Positions 52,832 through 61,700 of a DNA stretch of 64,000 nucleotides are shown piece by piece. Source of the stretch: an uncultured Chloroflexota bacterium (lineage in GTDB: Bacteria > Chloroflexota > UBA11872 > VXNJ01). The stretch's first letter is position 1. Every line of letters starts with the position of its first letter. Under the pieces are notes generated by a model. It was not told where the DNA came from. It saw only the letters and a list, made by a program, of their open reading frames with translations, and did no database searches. The stretch spans positions 56,967 to 120,966 of the forward strand of contig CAZBZS010000002.1 in NCBI GenBank assembly GCA_964496475.1. Reading direction: 5' to 3'. The translations under genes and the position numbers were made by a program.

Positions 52832-54899
52832 TGGGGCCCCCAGTCACTACCTCTAAAATTCGCCTCACGTTGCCAGAGCTCGTGAACGCCTCCCGCAGGT
52901 AGCCGCCCTGGACGGCAGCCTCAAGAAGTCGACCCTGATCGGCGGAGATCTGATCCACCGCGACGTAAATCAAATCAATCCCCAGCTCCTGTAACCGCTC
53001 CGGAGCGAGAGTCTCCTGGGCTTCGGCATACGTCTCCTCGTAATCGGCCCGGTGTCCGAGATTGTCGAAGCCCATCGGCACCCGTAGCCGGCCAAACGTC
53101 ACCGCGTACTTGTGCATCCCGTCGCCAAAGTCACTATTCAACTCGGCGAACGTGCGCGGCCCTGGAAGAAGCAGCGCCCGTTGCGGATATGGCAGTGCGG
53201 CAGCGAACCGCGCCGCTTCCAGTTCGTCCGCAAGTACCGGGCTCTCATATTCCTGAAATTCCATGGGCAGCAGCGGCAGCGTCAGCAACCAGGTCCCACC
53301 CACCAACACCGCCAGACCCGAAGCAATAACTCTTCCGACCAATTTGCGCCGGCCCGACTGGCGCCAGAGAGCGACCACCACTATTCCCATGGACATGGCC
53401 GCCAGCACCATCGCCGTGACCAAGAAGCGTCCCGTGTTATGAGGATTCAACGAGTCGCGCAGAATTCCCGGGATCATCAGCGTGATAACTGCCGCCAGCG
53501 CCGGGACCGCGAACTCAGGTCGTCGCTTCCAGACCGCAATGACGAAGGCTCCCCCGATGCCCACCAGCAGCCAGCCGAACTGGTACCACATCAGCGGCCC
53601 AAGCAATTGGGCTCGCTCCACCGGCTCGGTCGGAAAGAATATTGAGGTGCTTCCCGGAGAGAGGATTTCCCTCGTCGGGAGCGTAAAAATATCAGCCGCG
53701 GTCAGCTGTAGGTAACTTGAAGACACTTCCGCCACACCGATAGTCGCCGCGTTTATTGGACCCGTCGGAACTACGCTTGCCAATGCGCCCAGGACCACGA
53801 TCGCGGTGAGGCTGGCAGCCGCAGCCAGCCTCTTCCGCACAAGTAGCGCCATCGTCACGATTCCGATCGTCCCCGCAAGCACCGGAAACAGATGTTCCGT
53901 GGTCAGGCTCGCCCCTCCGAACGCAGCGGCGGCCGCCAGTACCGCAACCGGCCGGATAGTTCGTTCCCGGGCTGTTACCACGCTTAACCCACCCAGTCCC
54001 AACGCCCCTGCGACTCCCACCAGCACCGTGAAATTAAACGACGCCAGCTGTTCAAACGCAGTCCCGAGAACGTAGCCTTGCTTAAATCGATTCAGATGTT
54101 CCGCCAGGGTGTATGCGACCGACGGCGAGTAGTCGGGGTAGCTGGCTACCAGCAGTGAGAGGAAATTCTGCGGGGCGCCCACCGTCACAAACACAGCCCC
54201 CACAATTGCAGCAGCCCGACCTGCGAGCAGGCTGATCACGGCGTACACGCCCAGCAACAGGAAGGCCGTGGCCACGAGCGTGGCAGACAGACCGGCTGCA
54301 AAGATGTTCGCCCGCGCAGTCACGGCGATCGCCGCCGTCCAGAGCTGCCCTCCAAACCTGTAAGCCTGCACATAATCCGGTTCCCATGGATTCACCGGCG
54401 GCCAGTTTCCGGCCGCCAGGTGGGAAGACAAGGCCAGTTGAATCAGCAGATTCTCATGGCTGTTTCCGTACCAGACACTCGATACGTACCCGACCGCTGT
54501 CACGAACAGTGCCAGAAGAAGAAAAGCCGCCAACGCCCGCAGTGCCCAGCTGTCGAATTCAATCTGCAAATCGCCTTTGCGAATCTTGTCTGCCGCCAGG
54601 ATCGCCAGGGCGATCGTCGTGATTTGTACGACTCTGACGACTATGTACAGAGGCAGAAACGCCACCAGTGCAGTCAGCGCAAACGTAACCAGGCCGATTC
54701 CCAGCGACCCACCAATGCCTAGGACTACCAACAGCCGCCGCTCTCTCGGAAGAATCCAACGCACGATCTGAACGCCGGCCATCGGCGCGGCCAGCCCGGC
54801 TAAGAACGTGGTGAAATATTCGTAACTAGGTACACCGATGTCCATCGTCACTATCAGATCCTGAATCTGCTCTGTCCAGGCCGCGCAGATATCCCGCAA
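52818..54899 (-). CDS. Large polytopic membrane protein, GT-C-like, paralog 3 of 3
   Basis: 693 aa; SSVWYGNSHENLLIQLALSSH...WPPVNPWEP; collinear with the genes at 37729 and 40515. Confidence 0.7.
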   Translation of the reverse strand: MRDICAAWTEQIQDLIVTMDIGVPSYEYFTTFLAGLAAPMAGVQIVRWILPRERRLLVVLGIGGSLGIGLVTFALTALVAFLPLYIVVRVVQITTIALAILAADKIRKGDLQIEFDSWALRALAAFLLLALFVTAVGYVSSVWYGNSHENLLIQLALSSHLAAGNWPPVNPWEPDYVQAYRFGGQLWTAAIAVTARANIFAAGLSATLVATAFLLLGVYAVISLLAGRAAAIVGAVFVTVGAPQNFLSLLVASYPDYSPSVAYTLAEHLNRFKQGYVLGTAFEQLASFNFTVLVGVAGALGLGGLSVVTARERTIRPVAVLAAAAAFGGASLTTEHLFPVLAGTIGIVTMALLVRKRLAAAASLTAIVVLGALASVVPTGPINAATIGVAEVSSSYLQLTAADIFTLPTREILSPGSTSIFFPTEPVERAQLLGPLMWYQFGWLLVGIGGAFVIAVWKRRPEFAVPALAAVITLMIPGILRDSLNPHNTGRFLVTAMVLAAMSMGIVVVALWRQSGRRKLVGRVIASGLAVLVGGTWLLTLPLLPMEFQEYESPVLADELEAARFAAALPYPQRALLLPGPRTFAELNSDFGDGMHKYAVTFGRLRVPMGFDNLGHRADYEETYAEAQETLAPERLQELGIDLIYVAVDQISADQGRLLEAAVQGGYLREAFTSSGNVRRILEVVTGGPNAPS

Positions 54900-55177
54900 T
54901 TACGCGAGGCCCTCGACTTTCCATTCCGACGGACCACAACATCGCGCGTCCATCCGAAGTCTAGGCCGATCTTGTTGGTGGCGAACGATCCCCGAGCAGA
55001 CACCCGACCAGATAGGCTCATCGCACCGTCGCCAATACCGGGCCCCATCCGTTTGCGATGTCTTGCACAGTCCTCCGCGCGACCAGGCCGCCGTTAAACT
55101 GTCACCAGCAACAGAGTTCACCCGGCGGCGCGCCCAGGGTTCGGAGCTCAGCCTTTCCAGTTCGACAAGGGGAAAAA

Positions 55178-57016
55178 TTGGCTCAAATCGGAAAATCGGT
55201 TGAAAACGGTAAAGACCCGACCTATGTTCTGGGCATCAGCGAGGCCCACAACTGCACGGCTGCCCTGCTCCGCGACGGTGAGATTATCGCGGTCGCGAGC
55301 GAGGAACGGTTCACTCGTTTCAAGAACGATACCGGTTACCCGAGACAGGCAGTTGAATACGTGCTTTCGCACGCGGGCATCCGATCCGATCAGGTCGATC
55401 TGGTCGTGCTGACCTATAACAATCCCTACCCTCATTTCGGTGTTGCCATCGACCACGTCGATCCCCGCGAGCAGGCCATGGAGACGGGTGCGCGCCGGGT
55501 CACTTCGCTGCGAAAGGTGGTCCATCGCAGCGCCCAATTCGTGTACGGGATGGGATCGTCCAATCGCGTCGCCTCGGGACTCCTCGATTTCCTCGAAAAA
55601 AATATCTACGATCGCGTATACACTCCCGCTGTGTGGCCGCGATTGCGACGAATTCAGTATCGGGACCTGGCCACGGAACTCGGGATTCCTGAATCGAAGA
55701 TTCACTCGGCGGACCATCACCTCTGCCACGCCGTGTCTGCCCATTACTTCGGCCCGGTGCCCGAGGGCCGGACGGTAGTTCTTACGCTGGACGGTGCTGG
55801 GGACGAAGGCTGCGCCACGGTGTCCGTGGCGGAAGACGGCGCCCTTAGACGACTAGTTCAGACACCAAATCTTTACTCCCTGGGAATTCTCTACACTCTG
55901 GTCACCCGTGCTCTGGGAATGAAGGCCGGCGAACACGAGTACAAGGTGATGGGCCTTGCTCCCTACGCCGATCGGGATGGGGTAGCGCGCGTTCTCCCGA
56001 TCCTCCAGGATCTCCTCCACGTCGATGGGCTCAGATTTCACGGACCGACCTCCACTCGCGCTGCCGGGCACCGTTTGGAGAAGGCCTTCCACCGACAGCG
56101 GTTCGACTGGATCGCCGGCGCCGCCCAGGAGCACTGCGAAAACCTGATGCGAGAATTTGCGCAGAACGCTCTGCAGGCCACCGACGCTGTGAACCTACTC
56201 GCTGCCGGAGGCGTCTTCATGAACGTGAAAGCGAACATGATTCTTAAAGACTTGCCCGGATTGCAATATTTCGGCGTCTGTCCCAGCGCCGGTGATGAGT
56301 CCACCCCCATCGGTGCCGCTTACCACGGTTACCAATTACTCACCGGAAAAAAACCCCTCCCCCTCTCCGATCTGTATCTCGGCCCCGACCTCGTCCCCGA
56401 CGAAATCGATGACGCCATCCGCGAATTCGGCCTCGCCAACTCCTGCGAAGTGCGCCGACCGGATGATGTCGATCTGGAAACCGCCAGAATGTTGTCCGAT
56501 GATCAGATCGTTGCCCGCTGCCAGGGTCGCATGGAATTCGGCGCCCGTGCGCTGGGCAATCGCTCCATCCTCGCCAATCCCTCCAACCCCGATGTCGTCC
56601 CGATCATCAACCATCAGATAAAGCAACGCGATTTCTGGATGCCCTTCGCCGGAACGCTGCTTGACGAGAGTCAACACCGATATATCAAAAATCTGACCAA
56701 CTTGCCGTCCCCTCACATGATGACGGCCTTCGATACCCTTCCCGACGCTCAGGCGGATTTAGCCGCGGCGATCCATCCGTTTGATAAAACTATGCGACCT
56801 CAGATTCTGCGGCAGACCGACAACCCCGCATACCACGCGCTGATTCGTTCCTTTGAAGACATTACCGGCATCGGTGCAGTTCTGAACACATCATTCAATC
56901 TGCACGGAGAGCCGGTCGTCTGCAACGCCAAGGACGCCGTGAAAACGTTCGTAGAGTCAGGGCTGCGGAATCTGTCCCTGGGCCCGTACATGATCTCGAA
57001 GAATCGAGAGGGCTAG
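55178..57016 (+). CDS. Carbamoyltransferase (NodU/CmcH family)
   Basis: YVLGISEAHNCTAALLRDGEIIAVASEERFTRFKNDTGYP N-terminal pattern; TTG start at 55178 with RBS AAGGGG (the ORF is open from 55058). Confidence 0.85.
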   Translation: MAQIGKSVENGKDPTYVLGISEAHNCTAALLRDGEIIAVASEERFTRFKNDTGYPRQAVEYVLSHAGIRSDQVDLVVLTYNNPYPHFGVAIDHVDPREQAMETGARRVTSLRKVVHRSAQFVYGMGSSNRVASGLLDFLEKNIYDRVYTPAVWPRLRRIQYRDLATELGIPESKIHSADHHLCHAVSAHYFGPVPEGRTVVLTLDGAGDEGCATVSVAEDGALRRLVQTPNLYSLGILYTLVTRALGMKAGEHEYKVMGLAPYADRDGVARVLPILQDLLHVDGLRFHGPTSTRAAGHRLEKAFHRQRFDWIAGAAQEHCENLMREFAQNALQATDAVNLLAAGGVFMNVKANMILKDLPGLQYFGVCPSAGDESTPIGAAYHGYQLLTGKKPLPLSDLYLGPDLVPDEIDDAIREFGLANSCEVRRPDDVDLETARMLSDDQIVARCQGRMEFGARALGNRSILANPSNPDVVPIINHQIKQRDFWMPFAGTLLDESQHRYIKNLTNLPSPHMMTAFDTLPDAQADLAAAIHPFDKTMRPQILRQTDNPAYHALIRSFEDITGIGAVLNTSFNLHGEPVVCNAKDAVKTFVESGLRNLSLGPYMISKNREG

Positions 57017-57023
57017 GCCAGCG

Positions 57024-60000
57024 GTGGTACCCCAACGCCGCTGGATCGCATTCGGCAGGCGATTCGTGCCGTGCCCGGCCCTGGCGGTCGTTCTGCTCGC
57101 TGGGTTCGCCCCGTTCTTCTGGGTGAAATTCGGCTATGTCGCAAAAGCCGAAGATTTCATCCTTCCCATGACCCTGGAGCAATGGTACGAGTTCTTCAGC
57201 ACCTGGCAAACCCGCGTCGGTTTCGGTTCGAGCCCCGATGATCGTCTGCCTGCGGTGTTCTTTCTCTTCTGGCCCGCCCTGTTCCGTGCCGTCGGTGCAT
57301 CCATCGAGCTTGCCCAGCGGCTCCAGTTCGTACTTTGGTTCTCGGCTATGGGGCTCTCCATGTACGTGCTCATGCGATACCTCACCAGTTCCCGAATAGC
57401 GTGGGCTGCCGCCAGCCTCGTTTACATGTTCAATTTCTATCAGGAACCAGTCTGGCAGGGCGTCAACATTGCCAACCTCAGCGCATTAATCGCGCTACCA
57501 CTTGCTCTGGCAGTGACCATTTCATTCACCCGGAATGATCGATTGCTGACCAGTGCGGCCCTTATAGCTTTGATTACCGTGGTCGGATCTGGTGTCGGAG
57601 CCAACCCGCCCATGGCACTGATTGCGATGATCCCCGTCCCGCTTTACATGATCATGTACATGATCCACCGATTCGCGACCGGCCGGGCCCTGCAAGCACG
57701 CCGAATGCTCATGATGGCGTCAATCGCCCTGGTTCTTATCGTGGCAGTCAACGCCTACTGGCTCGTACCGCAGTCCGTCGGACTCATTACCGGCGGACCG
57801 GGACAAAATTTTATCGGCCGCACGAAGGACGTTGGACTTTCCCAACTCACTCACCTCTCCAGCTTCACCACTCCGCTCAATGTCTGGCGGCTGCAGGGCG
57901 CCTGGGTCTGGTACGGCGGCTTCGAAGGCATCCCGTATGTTCCCTACGCGGAGGGGTACTTCAAGAATCCGCTACTTATCATCGGGAGTTTTCTGCTTCC
58001 AGTGGCTGCCCTTGGCGGTTTCGCCCTCCGGAGAGATCGCAAATTTCTGTATTTTGGCTTCGTGGCATTCCTCGGGCTAGTCCTGGGCAGTGGCACCAAC
58101 GGTCCGTTCGGTCCGATCTTCGCTTTGCTGTGGAAAAATGTGCCTCTTTTCTGGGTCCTGCGGAGCCCCTGGTACAAGGCCACCTCACTGACAATCCTTG
58201 GCTTTGCGCCATTGGCCGGCCTCTTCGTCGCCGCGACCACGGCATCCATAGGCCAATTCCTGGCCAGCTCGCGTTTCGGTCTCCGCTACGGGCGGACCGC
58301 CCGGACCCTGTCAGCGAGCTTCCCTTGTCTCTTGGCGGTGATCTATCTCCTGTACGCAATGCCCATCGTCCGGGGGCACTTCATGATCCAGCGCCCGCTG
58401 GACTCACCGCTGGGCACCCTTCAAGTCGCTATTCCGGACTACCTCGTCGAGGCAGCGAACTGGATGAATGAGCATCCGGGCGATTACCGCGTGCTCTCGT
58501 TCCCCCCTGCGCTGCGGCTTACGACCGATTGGGGCTATACCGGCTACATCCCACCGATCGGCGAGCTAACTACCGAGCCCTTCATCAATCTGGTCGAACC
58601 GTCTGAGATGCAAGCCTACCTGTATGCCCAGACGCTGGGCTCCCGGAATGGTCCCGTTGCCCGGGTCGCCGGGAGATCTGGCATCGGTTATTTCCTTCAC
58701 CAGCGCGATGTCGTCCGACCCGAGTTCCCGGACTATTTCGACGATTACATTGATACGGTCCTGGAATGGCAAGGGATCGATGAGGTGGCCCGTTTTGGTT
58801 CGCTGGTTTTTTACGCTGTCCCCGATGTTCGAGACCTCGTCTGGGGTTCGCCGCTTACAGTCCTCACGCTGACCGGGCTCGCGTCTCTCAGTCCGCTCAC
58901 GAACAGCCTGACTGACCCTGACCCTGCCATCGTCATGATCGACCCTTCCGGGGCAGATTCCGTTACCGCACAGTTTGCCAAAGATATACCTCATACGAGC
59001 ATCCTGCGCCTTGGGAATGGTTTCAACGAGTTTCTTGCGTTCAAGACCCATGAGAGCAGCCTGACTATTTCGCCGGGGTCCAAGTCCGTGGACATGGAGA
59101 TACCGGTTGACGGAACGTACGAGATTTGGGAGCTAGTCGGGAGGACGACCTCCTCCGCGCTTCCCGGGTTCGACTTTGTCAACCGTGAACTCCTGCGGCA
59201 TGATGTGTTTCCCACCCCCAAAGGCCCCAGGGCTCCGTCCATCGACGGCAAACCGCTAACCCTCTACCCGTTCGCCGACGTATTCGAGCTTCCCGATTCT
59301 TGGGTCTACTGGGGTAGTTTTGAAGGGGTTCGGGGTAGCAGCACACTCAAATTAGGATTCCCATCGCCGGCTCCTGACGGGCTTCGGCTCGTCCTTGTGC
59401 GCTCAGCCGACCGGATCGGCCTGGACAATAAGATGCTATTGGACAACGAATCTTCTTTTCAGTTTCCTGACGGCGCTGAGCTCGGTCTCCTCCCTGGACG
59501 ACGATTCCCAGGTCACATGTACCTTTTCGGCCGTGTCACTCCCAAAGATATTGTCGATCTCCCGGTCGAGATGCAGGTAAAGATCGCGATCAAAGATAAC
59601 TGGGACGAGCCCGAGATCGGAGTAGAGGGACTAAGCACGCGGCGCCTTCGAGCAGTTCAGAAATCCGCACCCCACCTGGAGATTTCCAACCTATCAGGGT
59701 CTGTACAAACAATCGCCATGGTTCTTCGGCCGACCCCGATTGGGACCATTCCTAGGTCTCTTTGGATTAACGTGGGAGGTTCCTTTCATTCGATCTTCCT
59801 CCTTCAGCCGTCGGTACCTCGGGAAGTATTGGTCCTCTCAATCGACGTTGAACCTGGGACAACCTATGTGAATCTCTACTCCCCTGAGGGAGACTCGCTT
59901 CTGCCGGACGGGAGCTTTGCCAGTTTCGAATACGAAATGCCGATCGTGATCGGGACGATCAAACGTGAGCGATCCTTCAACGTTGTACAGGGCGGCAACT

Positions 60001-60599
60001 ATCGTCTTGGGGTCCATCTGACGTACCAGACGTCTACCGGCCAGGGCCCTAACGCTCTGCTGAACGGTCTGACTATCGACGGACACGACTTGCTCCCCGT
60101 CCTCGCCAGTGACGATCAGTATCGGATCGCCACGACCACCATAAATCTCTCGGCCGGGATGCACACGATAATCATCGACCAGAAAATGGGTGCATCCATT
60201 CCCGTGACACTGGTTCCCGTCCGGCCGGAAGTCAACGACGATCAGGGCCTGGTCATCCGGCATGAATCCATTTCCCCCAGCCATGTCCGCGCGTCCGTGC
60301 GAACCGAGGATCCGATCATGCTCGTGCTCAACGAACTGTTCGACAGCCGTTGGGAAGCCACTGTCAATGGGGTCCCAGTTGGCCCCCATTTGCGAGTGAA
60401 TGGGTTTGCCAACGGCTTCTTTGTCAACCAAGTTGGAGAGTACGAAATCGAGTTCAAATTCCGCCTACAGCCTCTCGCTGACGCCACCAGAAATCTCTCC
60501 GCCGCTTGCATCGCCGCCCTCGCATCGCTATTACTAATGAGTCTTGCACGCGACCGGATGGCCCGTAAGACCCGTCCCCCAGAAGACACCGCGTCTTGA
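57024..60599 (+). CDS. Very large membrane protein: N-terminal polytopic GT-C-like domain plus ~700-aa extracytoplasmic region and C-terminal TM anchor (AftD/DUF3367-like architecture)
   Basis: 1191 aa; about 14 TM helices in the first 430 aa; a final TM helix near the C-terminus; paralogous to the partial gene at 61701. Confidence 0.65.
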   Translation: MVPQRRWIAFGRRFVPCPALAVVLLAGFAPFFWVKFGYVAKAEDFILPMTLEQWYEFFSTWQTRVGFGSSPDDRLPAVFFLFWPALFRAVGASIELAQRLQFVLWFSAMGLSMYVLMRYLTSSRIAWAAASLVYMFNFYQEPVWQGVNIANLSALIALPLALAVTISFTRNDRLLTSAALIALITVVGSGVGANPPMALIAMIPVPLYMIMYMIHRFATGRALQARRMLMMASIALVLIVAVNAYWLVPQSVGLITGGPGQNFIGRTKDVGLSQLTHLSSFTTPLNVWRLQGAWVWYGGFEGIPYVPYAEGYFKNPLLIIGSFLLPVAALGGFALRRDRKFLYFGFVAFLGLVLGSGTNGPFGPIFALLWKNVPLFWVLRSPWYKATSLTILGFAPLAGLFVAATTASIGQFLASSRFGLRYGRTARTLSASFPCLLAVIYLLYAMPIVRGHFMIQRPLDSPLGTLQVAIPDYLVEAANWMNEHPGDYRVLSFPPALRLTTDWGYTGYIPPIGELTTEPFINLVEPSEMQAYLYAQTLGSRNGPVARVAGRSGIGYFLHQRDVVRPEFPDYFDDYIDTVLEWQGIDEVARFGSLVFYAVPDVRDLVWGSPLTVLTLTGLASLSPLTNSLTDPDPAIVMIDPSGADSVTAQFAKDIPHTSILRLGNGFNEFLAFKTHESSLTISPGSKSVDMEIPVDGTYEIWELVGRTTSSALPGFDFVNRELLRHDVFPTPKGPRAPSIDGKPLTLYPFADVFELPDSWVYWGSFEGVRGSSTLKLGFPSPAPDGLRLVLVRSADRIGLDNKMLLDNESSFQFPDGAELGLLPGRRFPGHMYLFGRVTPKDIVDLPVEMQVKIAIKDNWDEPEIGVEGLSTRRLRAVQKSAPHLEISNLSGSVQTIAMVLRPTPIGTIPRSLWINVGGSFHSIFLLQPSVPREVLVLSIDVEPGTTYVNLYSPEGDSLLPDGSFASFEYEMPIVIGTIKRERSFNVVQGGNYRLGVHLTYQTSTGQGPNALLNGLTIDGHDLLPVLASDDQYRIATTTINLSAGMHTIIIDQKMGASIPVTLVPVRPEVNDDQGLVIRHESISPSHVRASVRTEDPIMLVLNELFDSRWEATVNGVPVGPHLRVNGFANGFFVNQVGEYEIEFKFRLQPLADATRNLSAACIAALASLLLMSLARDRMARKTRPPEDTAS

Positions 60600-61693
60600 C
60601 CGGGCGCCGTTGGGTATTCACCCTGGCAGCTTGGGCCGGTGTAGCTCTTCTCGCCGCAATCGCAGTTGCGAGTCAACTCACCATTCGTCGCAACGTACAA
60701 CTTTGGGAGATCGATCAGCCCTATCAAGAAGTGGTGTACCTGGAGCCCAGCGGCAGCGTGAGCCAGCGTATCGACACGCAAATTGGGGATGTAGCCGGTT
60801 TTGTAGCCCTCGTGCGACCTTCTGATTCTCGGCGGCCAGCGTCAGTAAACATGCGAATTCGGCGGCCGGGGGCCGACCGCCCAATCGTTCGACAGTCAAA
60901 TCAGCTCACCAACAGCCCTAACCATCAGAGACTGGCCGCGATTCCTCTGCCGCCGATCCCTTCCAGCGACGGAAGGTCCTTTGAATTCGAGATAGAGGTT
61001 GCCGCCGATTCTCCTGGAGGCCTCGTCATCCTTGGCAGCATCGATCTCGATGAGATCCCACCGCGCCAGCTAACCATCAACGGTGCCCAAACGTTACCCA
61101 ACCTAAGAGCGCTCGTTTCACCGATAATATCCGTGAGCACCTGGTCGCTGGTCAAGGGGACGTTCGGTTTCAACGCCACGCGCTCGGCACTGTACTTGCT
61201 GGCGATCGCCGTCTTGAGCGCTACCGGGATCGCATTCGGCCGACTCGCCCTCCGGTGCGTGAGCGGAGCCTCCACCCGCGCCCTCCCGTTTATCGTTCTC
61301 CTCCCTATCGCGGTGGCCCTGATCCTGGCCGCAGCAACTGCCAACTTCACCGAGGAATTCGGGAGGGACTATCGTTTGGCCCTGACAGAAGCCTACTGGA
61401 ACACCGGCCTTGCCTATTCTTGGCTTCTCAGCGTTTCAATCGTCGCCGCCTGGCTGCTCGTCATGTGGGCGCAGCGGCGCCCTTCCCCCGACCCCACATG
61501 GCGAGCGCGGCTGCGCCCTGCGAATCTGTGGCAGCCGCTGGTTGCTGTCACCATGGCCGCCCTGGCGTTCTCAGTCGGATTTGCCCTGCTCGGATTGGAC
61601 GGTGTAGGAAACGCGACGGGCGCTCTAGCCGAGATCCTGTTTGGCCTAGCTCTGATCCTCGGCATAGGCGGCTCGGTTCGGTCTTCGGAATAG
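60596..61693 (+). CDS. Bitopic/polytopic membrane protein, partner-family paralog F
   Basis: TTG start overlaps the upstream stop (TTGA); N-terminal TM, domain with SFEFEIEVAADSPGGLVILGS, then about 5 C-terminal TM helices. Confidence 0.55.
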   Translation: MTGRRWVFTLAAWAGVALLAAIAVASQLTIRRNVQLWEIDQPYQEVVYLEPSGSVSQRIDTQIGDVAGFVALVRPSDSRRPASVNMRIRRPGADRPIVRQSNQLTNSPNHQRLAAIPLPPIPSSDGRSFEFEIEVAADSPGGLVILGSIDLDEIPPRQLTINGAQTLPNLRALVSPIISVSTWSLVKGTFGFNATRSALYLLAIAVLSATGIAFGRLALRCVSGASTRALPFIVLLPIAVALILAAATANFTEEFGRDYRLALTEAYWNTGLAYSWLLSVSIVAAWLLVMWAQRRPSPDPTWRARLRPANLWQPLVAVTMAALAFSVGFALLGLDGVGNATGALAEILFGLALILGIGGSVRSSE

Positions 61694-61700
61694 CTCCGCC

